From: Paraspadella gotoi
Lineage: Eukaryota; Animalia; Chaetognatha
Assembly (NCBI GenBank): GCA_051294375.1
Contig: CM119263.1
Span: forward strand, 2,194,113-2,258,112
DNA length: 64,000 nt
Direction: 5' to 3'
Part shown: positions 26,891 through 38,272 of the stretch, piece after piece
How the letters are laid out: each line of letters begins with the position of its first letter
How positions within the stretch are numbered: the stretch's first letter is position 1
Made by a program: the position numbers and the translations under genes
Notes under the pieces: generated by a model
Database searches by the model: none
What the model was told of the DNA's origin: nothing
What the model saw: the letters and a program-made list of their open reading frames with translations, nothing else

Positions 26891-27417
26891 AATTAAATGT
26901 AATTAATGATTAATTAATTAATAATAGATTAATTAATTAATTAATTAAAGATTAATTATAATTTATATTCAGCTTTGTCATCATGCGATGTCCTTAAAAT
27001 TGATGTCAGGACAGTTATTAAATGTTTTGTTACATTTTATCAAAACAAACAAATATCCTCTATTAATCGAGCCAGGCTGGCAAAGCCCGTCCTGTCTAGA
27101 TTTTTTTTCGCGATTTAGCTTTCGGTCTCGCTTTTTTGCAATCATGGCTTCGAAAGTTGTGATATCATAGGGAGTAAAGTTAATTTTTCAAAATATATTT
27201 GGGCTTTTTTCTAAAATTTTTTCAAATCTTTTTTTCCCAAAAAGACTTTAAAAGGATTCTCATGTTTCATATCAAATATTGGTATTTGTTTATGTTTCTA
27301 TTTACTAAAACAAAAACGTTTATATTATTGTCGCTCTCTCTCTTCTTTCTCTTTTTCTCGTTCACTGCTTCTTTCTAAAAAACGGTTCGGCTCTGCAGCG
27401 TCTTTGTCCAGCTTCTT

Positions 27418-27449
<32 letters not shown>

Positions 27450-27950
27450 CTTTTTTTATCAACAAATTTTTTAGATATAATGTTGGTCACTAATGTAAAA
27501 AACGATGCCGCGAACAGGGCGCGAACCCGGGTCCTTTGGGTAGAGAATAGCTTCACGCTACGTGCGGCGCCCATAAGTACTGCTATTCTTTAACTAGTAA
27601 AGGGGCTGTAGAGCCTTCTCTCTCCTCTCTCTCTCTTCTTTCAAGTTATTATATATCGCTCTTTCTCTTTCTCTTTTTCTCTGCCAGCGGGCTTGTCTCT
27701 CTCTCTCTCGCTTTTCTCTCTCTCTCTCTGTCTCTCTGTGTGGTGTCATGTCCCTATCTGTCCGATCTTTTGCGTGATCGTTTGTTTTTATGAAAAATTC
27801 GATTATTTTTTTCCTTTCTAAAACCTTTATTATTGCCCATTTATTCCGCCGCTTTTTTCAATACAAAATCCCATATTTTCATCCGTAGATTTTCGTGGAT
27901 TTTTCTCTTTCTTTCTCTCTCTCTCTCTCTTTCTCCTTCTCTCTCTCTTT

Positions 27951-27986
<36 letters not shown>

Positions 27987-28618
27987 NNNNNNNNNNNNNN
28001 NNNNNNNNNNNACAGAGAAGAGATTTTCGGCGTCGCTTGGACCGGGCAAATGTGGCTGGGAAAATGGGGCAGGGTAAAATTGGGAGAGGAGGGGAATGGG
28101 GGCAGGGGAGCAGAGGGAAAAAGGGGAAGCAGAAGGAAAAGGGGAGCGCCAGAGGGAAAGGGGGGCGAAGGGGGAAAAGATTGGGCAGAGGAAAAATAGT
28201 ATAGCCAGGAAAAGGGGAGCTGAGGGAAGGAGGGGGGAAAAGAGGAGCAGGAAAGAGGGGGAAAAAGGGGAGCCGGGGAGGCCAAAGGGGGATAAAGGGA
28301 GCAAGGGAAAGGGGAAAGGGGAGCAGGGAAGAAAGGGGAGGCAAGGGGGGGGAAGGAGGGGTAAAAGGGGAAAGCGGGTGATAAGAAAAGAGCGGAGGGA
28401 GACAAACTATTATTAAAAATATATATGTATTTTGAGCTAATGAGGTTTTGACTCATACTTAGCAATCATTAGGGATATCCAAAGAATGCCATCAACCAAT
28501 ATCTAATAACGATTTTCTACTACTCTTGGCGCAAGGCATAAGATTCCATCGATTTATTCCAAATTACTCAAAACCATCCCGAATTCGCCTGAACTACTTC
28601 CCCCTCTCGTATCCCTAC

Positions 28619-28960
28619 CCATAACAGAGACTCCGGCGACAAGCGTCTCCAATCCCATAGTGCGATGAAGCTCGATCAAATCTTCGAAATAATCTGTTCC
28701 CTCGACTCGCCGATATTCCCTCGCCGCGTCGAAAGTGCGGCGCCAACCTCTCGGCCACGCCCCTTCGAAGGCGAACATCTGGAGGTGAGGGTGGATTTGA
28801 GACGCTCCTCCAGAGGGCGCCGCGTCGAAGGTGACGACACGACGAAGACGCGATACTTCGTCCGAGAGGCGTNNNNNNNNNNGAAGACGCGATACGTCGT
28901 CCGAGAGGCGTCCGAACCAGGCGTGCGCCGCTTGGGACATTGCCAGAAAATCCTCGACGT
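28619..28960 (-). CDS. GalT/HIT-like protein, distal half of exon 3 containing the HxHxQ motif (cleanest copy)
   Basis: VEDFLAMSQAAHAWFGRLSDEVSRLRRVVTFDAAPSGGASQIHPHLQMFAFEGAWPRGWRRTFDAAREYRRVEGTDYFEDLIELHRTMGLETLVAGVSVM; phase-1 donor ATG G|GTAGGG fits acceptor AG|CC CAC ATT TGC; the 10-N gap is flanked by a duplicated ~29-bp overlap. Confidence 0.8.
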
Positions 28961-29924
28961 GAATTACGTAATCATACTTATAGATATAGTGTATACTAAT
29001 ATAGTTACAGTTATTGTCACAAAAATCTATTTTCTTTCTCATTATCACTTCCCGGTTCGAGCAACACATTTAAATCATCTTTTTTCGCGGAGAACAAAAA
29101 ATTTCTCTTTCCCATCGGGGATTTTTCATTCTCTTTTCCATTTCCGATTTCCTCATTGCCTTTACGCAATTTTTCACATTTTTATTCTCTTTCTTCTTTT
29201 TTACTTTTGTTTAATTTTTTCTTTTATTATTCGTCAACCTTTTATTATTTCCTCGCGTTCAAAAAAGGTTAAGCAATTTTTTTTCCCTTTTTCCACAATA
29301 AAAACATATTCTTGTTGTCCCAGTCCACATTATGTCTTCAGCTTAACTTACATTTCAATCACATTAATGTTCTCGGAAAACTGCTTCTTCATATGTTAGT
29401 AGAATCACTAGGCCCAAGCAAACAAGGTTTCTCTACATCAATCTACTCTCCTCTCTCTCTCCTCCTTCCCCTCTCTCTTCCATCTCTCTCTCTGCTTTCC
29501 TCTTCTTCTCTCTCTCTGCCGTCATCTGTTCGGTTCGCCAACGGACCTGGCACCGCCTCGTCTGAAACGCGACTATTCTGTTCATTCTTTCTTCTTACCG
29601 CTTTACCGTTTACCGTCTCTCTTCTCTCTCTCTCTCTCTGCTCTCTCTCTCCTCCTCTCTCTCTCTCTTCTCTCCTCTCTCTCTCTCTCTCTCCTCCTCT
29701 CTCTCTTTCTCTCTATTAGGATGCCGTAATAAAAAGTGCTATTCATAACCTGTGCGGACATTTGTTTTTTTTTAAATAGTTTTCATTGAATTAAATTTTA
29801 CTTGCCGATAAATTACATGGATTATTTGGTAGTCGGATATTTATCAGTCTTCCACGTGTCAGTCTCCGAAATAGCTTAATGTTTTTAATCGTTGACGCCA
29901 CTGTTGACCCTTGACCTCCATCAG

Positions 29925-30092
29925 ACTCCGGTCAGGATGGTCCCTTCACATCGCAACCCGGTCGAAATTCCCTGAAGACCCGCGTTCGTGGCGGGGGCTT
30001 TCCGCCTCGGGACAGACACCGAAAAGAGGGCCATCGTTGCGTCGTCAAACGAGCGGAGAAACATGGAACGGATGGAAGAAGACAGTCGATCG
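29925..30092 (+). CDS. Candidate 168-bp exon, product unknown
   Basis: GC-rich, bounded by CCTCCATCAG| and |GTAAAG, length a multiple of 3, two frames open; no recognisable motif. Confidence 0.3.
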
Positions 30093-32229
30093 GTAAAGTC
30101 AGGGCTGTGTACGGTGGGTTTGGGGGCCGACGGATGGAATTGTTTGTCCGAGATTTGATCATGATTGTGTTATGATGCAAAATTTTAGCACGATAAACAA
30201 TATGTTACCAAAGATTTTAAAGAGTAAGTAAAATTGAAAAAATAATATAAGTAAATCTATGAAGGCAAAATTTTTATTTTTCGAATAATAAAAACGATTC
30301 GTTCGAAACCAAATCAACTTAAGGTAATGCAGCTGAGGACTCTGTTAATTAACCCATTTTCTCGACGCCGTCTACTCGGCGGGGCCGCCATGGTCACGAC
30401 GGCGTCACGCAGGGGGCGACGCCGTTTTCCTCGTGCGATCGACGTCGGGATTCGATTCATCGAAAAACGGATATAGCGCCGCCCTACGTTTTTTTTTTTC
30501 GGCTCACAGCCCCGGATGTAATCTTAATCCGTCTTTTCATTCCGGAGAGACTTAGATTTTCCGTTCATTAGATAACGGCGCGATTCGTGACCTCGCGAGA
30601 TTAAATTTTTCCCGATTCTATTTTTTTTTTTTTCTATTACCCAAAGTTTAATAAAACTTATTTCCCCGCCTTCGTTGGGCAGGGCCAATTACGTTTCGTG
30701 TCGGCTGAACGACTTAAAAAATCCGCGCGCTCGGCAACGGGGGACGACCAATGTGTCTTCTTTTGCCGGCGACATGTTTAAGATTTTTCTGGTGAGGGAC
30801 GAGAGAGACAGCGAATGAGAACGGAAACTTAAGACAGGACAAAGTGAAATTACATGTTTAGAGCGAAAAAATAAACTTTTTATTATGTCAACGGTGAAAT
30901 CTATGTAAGCGTACATCACTGATTACTATCACTATTATAACTAGTGCTATTTTTTATATGTTTAAGTTCTATTCATACAACTGAAAGCATCGAGGAATCA
31001 AATCGATCAAATCAATCGAATCAAAGATGAAAAACTGTTGTCACTGGCAGATTGTTTCAACGAAGTTCGAGTATATGACTTCAAAAACTCGCGTGTACCG
31101 GTACACACAAAAAAAAAATAAAATTCGTAAAGTTGATTTTGGGAAATACGGTGTTGGTTGTTCATGTGTTCAATGTTCAATGTCAGAAGTGGGGGAAACG
31201 CTTTCCTTTTTTAACCCTGAGGCGACGACGACGGACGACGACGATCGACACCGGTTACGACCCAGACGACCGAGGGGAAACTAGACTTGTTCGATTTTTC
31301 CATTAGTTTCAATTTAAAAATGACATCGGGAATGGACGCTCTTCGACGACGACGACGGACTAGACGTCACGACGACGACGACCACCGTCAAGGACCCAGG
31401 AGGACCAAGAAGGACACAGAAGGACAACCCACTGTGGACACTTTGGTTTCTAGAATTATTGCCTTAGATTTGGGAATCTCGAGGGTCCAGAACACCGTCA
31501 TCCACTGTTAAAATCTTGCAGTTGTGAGGAAATGTCCGTAACAAAGATGCGATTTTACATTGTCAGGTCTTAAATACCCTTTTTTTTCTTTGGTAATTCG
31601 AGTTAAAAGTAATGGAAATCATTGTATTTACTGTGACAGCATTTTAGTTCAAGAAAATTTTTCAGGTTCTTCCAAACGTTTCCGGTGTCAAGGAATGCCA
31701 AAAACTTTCGTGCAGCAGAATGCGGCGGTCTATCACGTCACGGAAAGCTAAGGTAAAATGTTTGACGGATCGATCGGTATGTTTGTTTTTTTAATTTTCT
31801 TTTTTTACCGTTGAAAGAACTCAGTAGTTACTAATAAAAAAGTTCTTTTCTTTAATATGTCGTTTAGGTATGTCTTATCCACTCCCGAGACTCGACAACT
31901 TTGAAAAAATCAATTATTGAAAAAACGTGAAAATCTTTCGAAAGATTTTTAAAAAGTAAATATTTTCCGATTAGCTGACGCCCCTAAAAATAAAAAAAAA
32001 CACATTTTCTGACGTACTTCAGACGCAGAGTTATCTTAGCCTTATAAAAGAGAAGGATTTATCCAGTTAAAAAATAAATTTTAAACCCCACAGCGGTGTC
32101 ACCTCTGCGACAGCGAGGACAGCATGTTCATTGTAGTCTCAGAAGCTTTGGAATCTTTGGCAGTAGGCCCTTGCCTTATAGGCGGGTTTGACCCGTTCCA
32201 TCCCTCCCACTTTTCTTACATGACAACCT

Positions 32230-32293
32230 CAGTGGGCTCGAACCAGGGGACGCAGATTGGGGATGGTGGCATTAGTCCACTGAGCCAATGAGG
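32230..32293 (-). mobile_element. tRNA-derived SINE head (Pol III A and B boxes)
   Basis: Minus strand: TGGCTCAGTGG (A box) ... GGTTCGAGCCC (B box) at tRNA-like spacing; no good cloverleaf. Confidence 0.6.
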
Positions 32294-32470
32294 CTTTTAA
32301 ATCCAGTCTGTGGGTCGATAGGACACCAGACAATTTCACTATAAAACTGTTTTTCGACTTGTTAACAGTAACTAAGTGAAGTAGGTCCGTGGCTAATGAT
32401 ATAACGCATTTCTATTCTTTGAAGGTATTGTCTGATTTTTGATGGACCCTGACTAGATGAAAAGGCATTG

Positions 32471-32538
<68 letters not shown>

Positions 32539-33268
32539 GAGAGAAGGAGAGATGAGAGAGGAGACAGACCCGAAACTGAGTATCAGACAAAGAATCAAGG
32601 GAACAAAAGGAAAATGAAATATGAAAATCGGAGAGGGAAAGAAACCCAAAAGAAAATCTCTCAGATAACCGGACAAGGTGAGATTAATGTTTTTTATTGA
32701 CTCTTTATTGCGTTAAATAGGTTGTTCGAAAACGTTATTTTTATATCTACGAGGGGCGTTTTGCTTCTTCTGTTCAAATCCGTTTGCGCGGCCTTTGCAG
32801 ACAGTTTTCTCAAAAAATAATGTCGCTCAATTGAAAAAGATTAGCAGCCGGAAAGGAATGTTTCAAGCAAAATTATCTATTCAACTATTGTATATCATTT
32901 ATATATGTTAAGTTAAGATTTTTTTATTTATTATTTTATTTATTTATCTTTATAGTTTGTTTTTATTTCTGTGAGTCGTGGTGGTAATGTTTTTTTTGTT
33001 TTCTACTATTGTTAAAGATGGTGATCATCTAATTCAACCACCAATTATTTTTTAAAATTACTTTATCCATAATGCCTATTAATTTAATAATATTGTTATT
33101 ACATCTTTTTTTCAAATAATCTATTATTATCATATATTTATCTCTTTTTTTTAAATATTTTTTCAAAAAATCTTTCTTCTTATTTTACTATTCTAATTAA
33201 AAATATTATGTATCTCGAGCTGTCTGACCGCAGAGTGTACTCCGAAGTAACAATATATAAGGAGACGT

Positions 33269-33588
33269 TTATTTAAATGGTCGGCGACTGCTTCCTGAAT
33301 TTCCAACGGATCGCTGCTGACGACGGATTTGAGTTATAGATCGTGGGCGGAAAAATCGGCAAGGCGGCCGGAATTCGGCCGAGGGACGATCCTCGCCACG
33401 GCCCAGTTATGGCGTCGTCGTCATCAATCGGCAACGTCGGCACCCGGCAGCGCCATCCCGCATGGAAAATGCGAAACGAAATCGAAGCGCCACATGGAAA
33501 CGACGCCGAAAATGGCGCGAAAGAATGCGGCGTCGGCCGGCGCGCGAGAGGACGAGAATTTCGGCGTCCTTGACCGGGCAAATGTGGG
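33269..33588 (-). CDS. GalT/HIT-like protein, exon 4 (copy B, noisy)
   Basis: Acceptor TTTTCCAG|CC CAC ATT TGC CCG GTC AAG GAC GCC GAA ATT CTC (HICPVKDAEIL); same sequence as 12428-12753 with scattered indels; TAA at 33269-33271. Confidence 0.75.
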
Positions 33589-34219
33589 CTGGAAAATGGG
33601 GGCAGGGTAAAATTGGGAGGAGGGGGAAATGGGGGCAGGGAGCAGAGGAAAAGGGGAGCAGAAGGAAAAGGGGAGCAGAGGGAAAGGGGGGCAGGGGAAG
33701 AGAAATGGTAGCGGAAAGGGGACAGGGAAGGAGGGGGGAAAGAGGGGAGAGGAAAGAAGGGAAAAAGGGCGAAGGGACAAGGAAAAGGGGAAAAGGGGAG
33801 CAGGAAGAAGGGGAAAGGGGAGCATGGAAAGAGGGGGAAAATAGGGGGAAGCATATGGGAAGCAAGGGGAAAAAGAAGGGGGAAGAAGGGATCAAGGAGC
33901 AGGAAGAAAGGGAGCAGGAAGAGGGGTAAAAGGTATATAGAAGGTGAGGATATCATTTATTAAAAATATATGTACATATTTGGATGCTAATGTTTATATT
34001 TGGTATCTATTTTGTTACTTTCAATCATAGTTTATACATATCATTAGTCGATATCATTACTATATTATGCTATATAATCTACAATTATCCTAACTTTTCC
34101 TATATCTATTTTGGCATTAGCTAGATTACCATCGATTTTATCTCTATATATCATTAACCATGCTCTCTGAATTTTCGTTTTTTTTTTCTAATATATCTTC
34201 CCTTTTCTTCTATTCCTAT

Positions 34220-34881
34220 CCATACATTGAATCTCTCTCTTATGGTGCTAAGTCTACTTTCATCATCCATAGTGCGATGAAACTCGATCAATATCTTCGA
34301 AATATATCTGTTTCCACCGTTGACCGCCGGATTATTCCCTCGCCGCGTAAGCGGAAAGTGCGGCGCCACCACCTCTCGGACCACGCCCCTGTCGAAGGCG
34401 AACATCTGGATGAGGGTGATTTGAGAACGGCTCCTCCAGAGGGCCGCTCCTGAGTCGAATTGGTGACTGATTCTACCTACATGCGCGAAACTACTTCGTC
34501 CGAGAGGCGTCCGAAACCAGGCGGTGCGCTCTCTGCCTTGGGATCATTGCCAAAAATCCTCTACGTTCNNNNNNNNNNNNNNNNNNNNNNNNNAGTTCGA
34601 GGAACGAGTGACGTTTGGCGATGGAGAGTCCGTGGAATTTGGCGGCGGCGAACGCGTTGGCCGAAGTCCACGCCAGAGAGAGGTTCAAGCGGCCGCCGGG
34701 TTCCGAGACGAAGTGATTTCCCGCAGTGGCGATCGTTGGGCGACAGAAACCGCATCCGCGGCGCTTGGAGGCGATCAGCGCCTTCAATTCTTTCAGGTCG
34801 GCGGCGGCGGCGTCTTCGTCGACGGCTGCACCGGGGCGTCGACTGCGGAGACCGTTCCACGCTATCTCCTCCCCTGTCCAC
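34220..34881 (-). CDS. GalT/HIT-like protein, exon 3 (spans a 25-N gap; part left of the gap is noisy, left boundary approximate)
   Basis: Acceptor TCTCATCCTCAG|G; WTGEEIAWNGLRSRRPGAAVDEDAAAADLKELKALIASKRRGCGFCRPTIATAGNHFVSEPGGRLNLSLAWTSANAFAAAKFHGLSIAKRHSFLE; continues into a noisy copy of 28619-28960. Confidence 0.8.
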
Positions 34882-35163
34882 CTGAGGATGAGAAGACATT
34901 TTAAAGAATTATATAAAAAATTATCCGTTCATTTAGAAAAATGCGATATCTTGCCCTTGGTTTAAGGCCTCCATCACGAGGTAGCTCGGCCTCAGAATGA
35001 ATGGATGAATTCGAAGCGGCGCTAAACAACGCATCAATGAACGGAGGCTAATGCATCAGTCACAGTTAATTTTGTAAAATGACCTCCGAGATACTTTTGC
35101 GCTCCTTTCTTCGCCCGCCTATTAAGGCATTACTATTAATACTATTGTGTTATGCCCCCTTAC

Positions 35164-35450
35164 TTGTTACGAACTGCGACGACGCGCTGGACATTAACGT
35201 CGACTGCCGAGATATTGGAATCCCCAAGCCACGAGGCGTAGAGAGAGGCCATCCTTGCGCCGACGACGAGCCTCGCCTTTACGGCGGAGACGTCAAAGAT
35301 TCTGTCGAAGCGGCGTTCAAAAGGGACGCAGTCAAGCGGAGACCGTCGTGACGGGTCGAGGGACCGATCGCCTTGGGACAGCTGTGCCAAAGACACAAAA
35401 CCGGGTTTGCGGAGCACGGGTCCGTTGTATAGACAAGGCCGATTAAACCG
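35164..35450 (-). CDS. GalT/HIT-like protein, exon 2
   Basis: TTTTCTCCAG| phase 0; RFNRPCLYNGPVLRKPGF...ERRFDRIFDVSAVKARLVVGARMASLYASWLGDSNISAVDVNVQRVVAVRN; donor AA|GTAAGG phase 2 joins G TGG to give NKWTGEE. Confidence 0.85.
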
Positions 35451-36585
35451 CTGGAGAAAAACCAAAACAGGTTTTAGAAGTAAATAGAAAATTTTGTTGA
35501 ACGGCTGTCCCTCTTTAGGGTCTCAAATTAAACAAAGCCAAGTAAATTTATAATTAAGTAAGAACCTAGACTGGCCAGTTAATATATTTAGATATAATTA
35601 TAAAGGATACTCAATTAAGATAATAGGAGGCCCTTCAGGCTCGTAAATTAATAATCGACGATCCTGAAGCAGAACTCGAATTTTAAACCCGAACCGGGAG
35701 TGATGACATATAGTTATAAATTTTAAATACTTTTAAAATTTTTTTTAGCATAACAGTATAATAAATTCAATTATTTATGTAGTAATATCCTTATAAAATA
35801 ATTAAAATTTCAAAAATAGTTTTATTTTTATTTTTAAGAATAGAATCGGATTCGCCGTAAAAAACAAAAAAACTTTTATAAAATATGTTATATAAATTGT
35901 ACACCATTCACTATATATATATTTTAATGTTTGGATCACAAAATGTTTTAACATTATAAGTTTCTACTATAGAGAATAAAAAAAGTCATAAATTTTTTAC
36001 CTTTTCCCCCCCCCCGTTTAAATACTTGATAGATGAGACAGAATTTTGTTAATAACATGTTTTATATTTTTGATTCAACTTTTTATGATAAACCTAAATC
36101 TTTATTAAACGTTTTAAAAAAATTATTTTTAAAAATTACTATTTTATAAGAATATTACTACAAATATATTATATTTTATTATTCTGTTCCCCAGACAATA
36201 TGAACAAAATATTTTTTGTACTAATTAATCATATCATCTCGCATCTAAATATCCTTGTTCGATCATTCAAATACATTTTTTGTTCTTAAGTGCTCCACTC
36301 TATTTTATTTTTTATAGTAGTATAAATTTAACCCAACAATAATTTGATTAAAAACCTACACTTAATCGCACCCTTACTAATTAGTACTAATTAAACCTTA
36401 ATAATTCGCTACCTTCAGTCAGCTTAAAATCAGAATTTGCTATTATGGGAATTATTATTATTATTATTAACTGTAATTAACGCAAACACGCTTAATAATC
36501 CTTAAGCATAACCCTTTTTCTAAATCCAAACCAAGCGTCAGATTTGCCAATTAAATAATTAAATTAAATAATTAAACAAACTTAC

Positions 36586-36723
36586 CAGCTCTAATCGCGA
36601 ATGTAGCCAGAGTTGAGATTTTTCGGTGAAATATACAAACATAATCATGACGATCGCCAACATAAATAAAAATTGTCTTTTGATTCTTCCGATTCGAAAT
36701 TTGAAAAAAGTGGAACAATTCAT
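36586..36723 (-). CDS. GalT/HIT-like protein, exon 1 with N-terminal signal-anchor
   Basis: 138 bp = MNCSTFFKFRIGRIKRQFLFMLAIVMIMFVYFTEKSQLWLHSRLEL; phase-0 donor |GTAAGT matches the phase-0 acceptor of exon 2. Confidence 0.75.
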
Positions 36724-36746
36724 CGTCGGAAATTGTTTATTGTTGC

Positions 36747-36822
36747 TAGAGTAGAGTAGAGTAGAGTAGAGTAGAGTAGAGTAGAGTAGAGTAGAGTAGA
36801 GTAGAGTAGAGTAGAGTAGAGT
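36747..36822. repeat. (TAGAG)15 pentanucleotide microsatellite
   Basis: Perfect repeat ~25 bp upstream of the ATG at 36723. Confidence 0.95.
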
Positions 36823-38188
36823 TACCGCTACGGTAACATTTAATTAAAAAAATTTTCTGTTGAAAAAAGTTGTCGCCGGAGCCGCGGTTGAAATCTTTTT
36901 GTGCTAAGAATCGAGCCGAACTTGATTATCCAGTGACTGCGGCATCGTAAACACAGTAAAATTAAATAATTATTATTTTATTGGGAAGGGTCGGGTTAAT
37001 GCTGTAAAATTTCTTAGATTCTTTTTACTCGTCTCCTGAATTCGCTGCATGTTTTAGCGGCGACACAAATATAAACAGAAGTTTGATGCGTGTTCGTTTG
37101 ATTTCGTCTCGTTACGCCGCGGTGGACCGTCGAGGAAGATGACTCTGTCTCTGTTGAAGTCTCTATCGATTGAAACGGGTTTGTCAGGTTAAAACCCTAT
37201 ACTTTATTTTTCTTTTACTTTACTTTTAATTTTCAAAAAGAATTTAAACAGTTAAATAACTTTTCATGGTCGGTAGAGGGAGGGTAATTTGTATCTCGCT
37301 TCATCCAGTAAAATGGTGCTTATAAAAAACCGTCACTAGATAGTAGATAAATGCTATTAAATAACTTATACTGTTTTTTGTCGGCGATAGCGAGTAAAAA
37401 ATGACATGCTCTGTTGCAGCCAAAATTGTCCTAAGCCTCTGTGACATTTTATATCCTTGGATTTACGCTTCTTTTTTTTCACCCGAGGTGAAAGTTTTTC
37501 TGAGCTCAACGGCGACCTTGGGGCTTAATTGTCCCTTGTTCAAATCTAAAAAGATATTTTTTCCTATTTTTTTTTCTTTTCTACTTTCCTGGTTATTTCT
37601 CGTGAGTCTAAAAAAATGCTATGGTTTTAATCATGAAATGTCTTTTATTGTATATTTCTACGATACACCTTATAGGGTTGTAGAAAGAGTTTTTTTTATT
37701 TTTCCAATCGCTGAATCAGTTAATTAAGAAAAATGTCGCAAGGCCAACGATTTTCTTTGTTTTAATCGTTTATCCTCGCAGTAAGTGGCGAAAAAAATTA
37801 GTTCTCCATCGAGTGTTTATATTGTTCCGATGTACTAGAATTAAGTTGATTAAAACGCTAAATGTCTTTGTTTTTAACCGGCCGGTTAATTTGTCGGCAA
37901 CAGACGCTTCGATGGTGAGTCTGAAAGACTTGGCCACTTGGGCTCTTTAACACTCATCCGTCAACTGAAGACTTCAGTGAAGAACATGTACTAAATAGAA
38001 TTTCAAGTCGCAGCTTTTTAAATAAGATCCAGGATCATTATTAATTTCATTATTTAACTCCTTAGGAGAAAAAGTTTAGGGAGAGGAGAGAAAAGAACTA
38101 AAAAATAGTAACTAAATAAACATCAATGTTTTAGTTTATATGCTTTTCTTAACATTTATTCCAGGTTGTTTTAAAATAAAGATCTTTA

Positions 38189-38272
38189 GAGAAGAGTTTG
38201 AAATGGATTCAACAACGATTTATAATTATTGTTTCAAATAAATCGTTGTTGAATCCATTTCAAACTCTTCTC
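38189..38272. repeat. Perfect 35-bp inverted repeat with 14-nt loop
   Basis: GAGAAGAGTTTGAAATGGATTCAACAACGATTTAT / ATAAATCGTTGTTGAATCCATTTCAAACTCTTCTC. Confidence 0.95.

Noticed and set aside
27505-27575. tRNA-like sequence with GGTTCGCGCCC on the minus strand
   Set aside because: No A box or cloverleaf; at most a degenerate SINE remnant in noisy sequence
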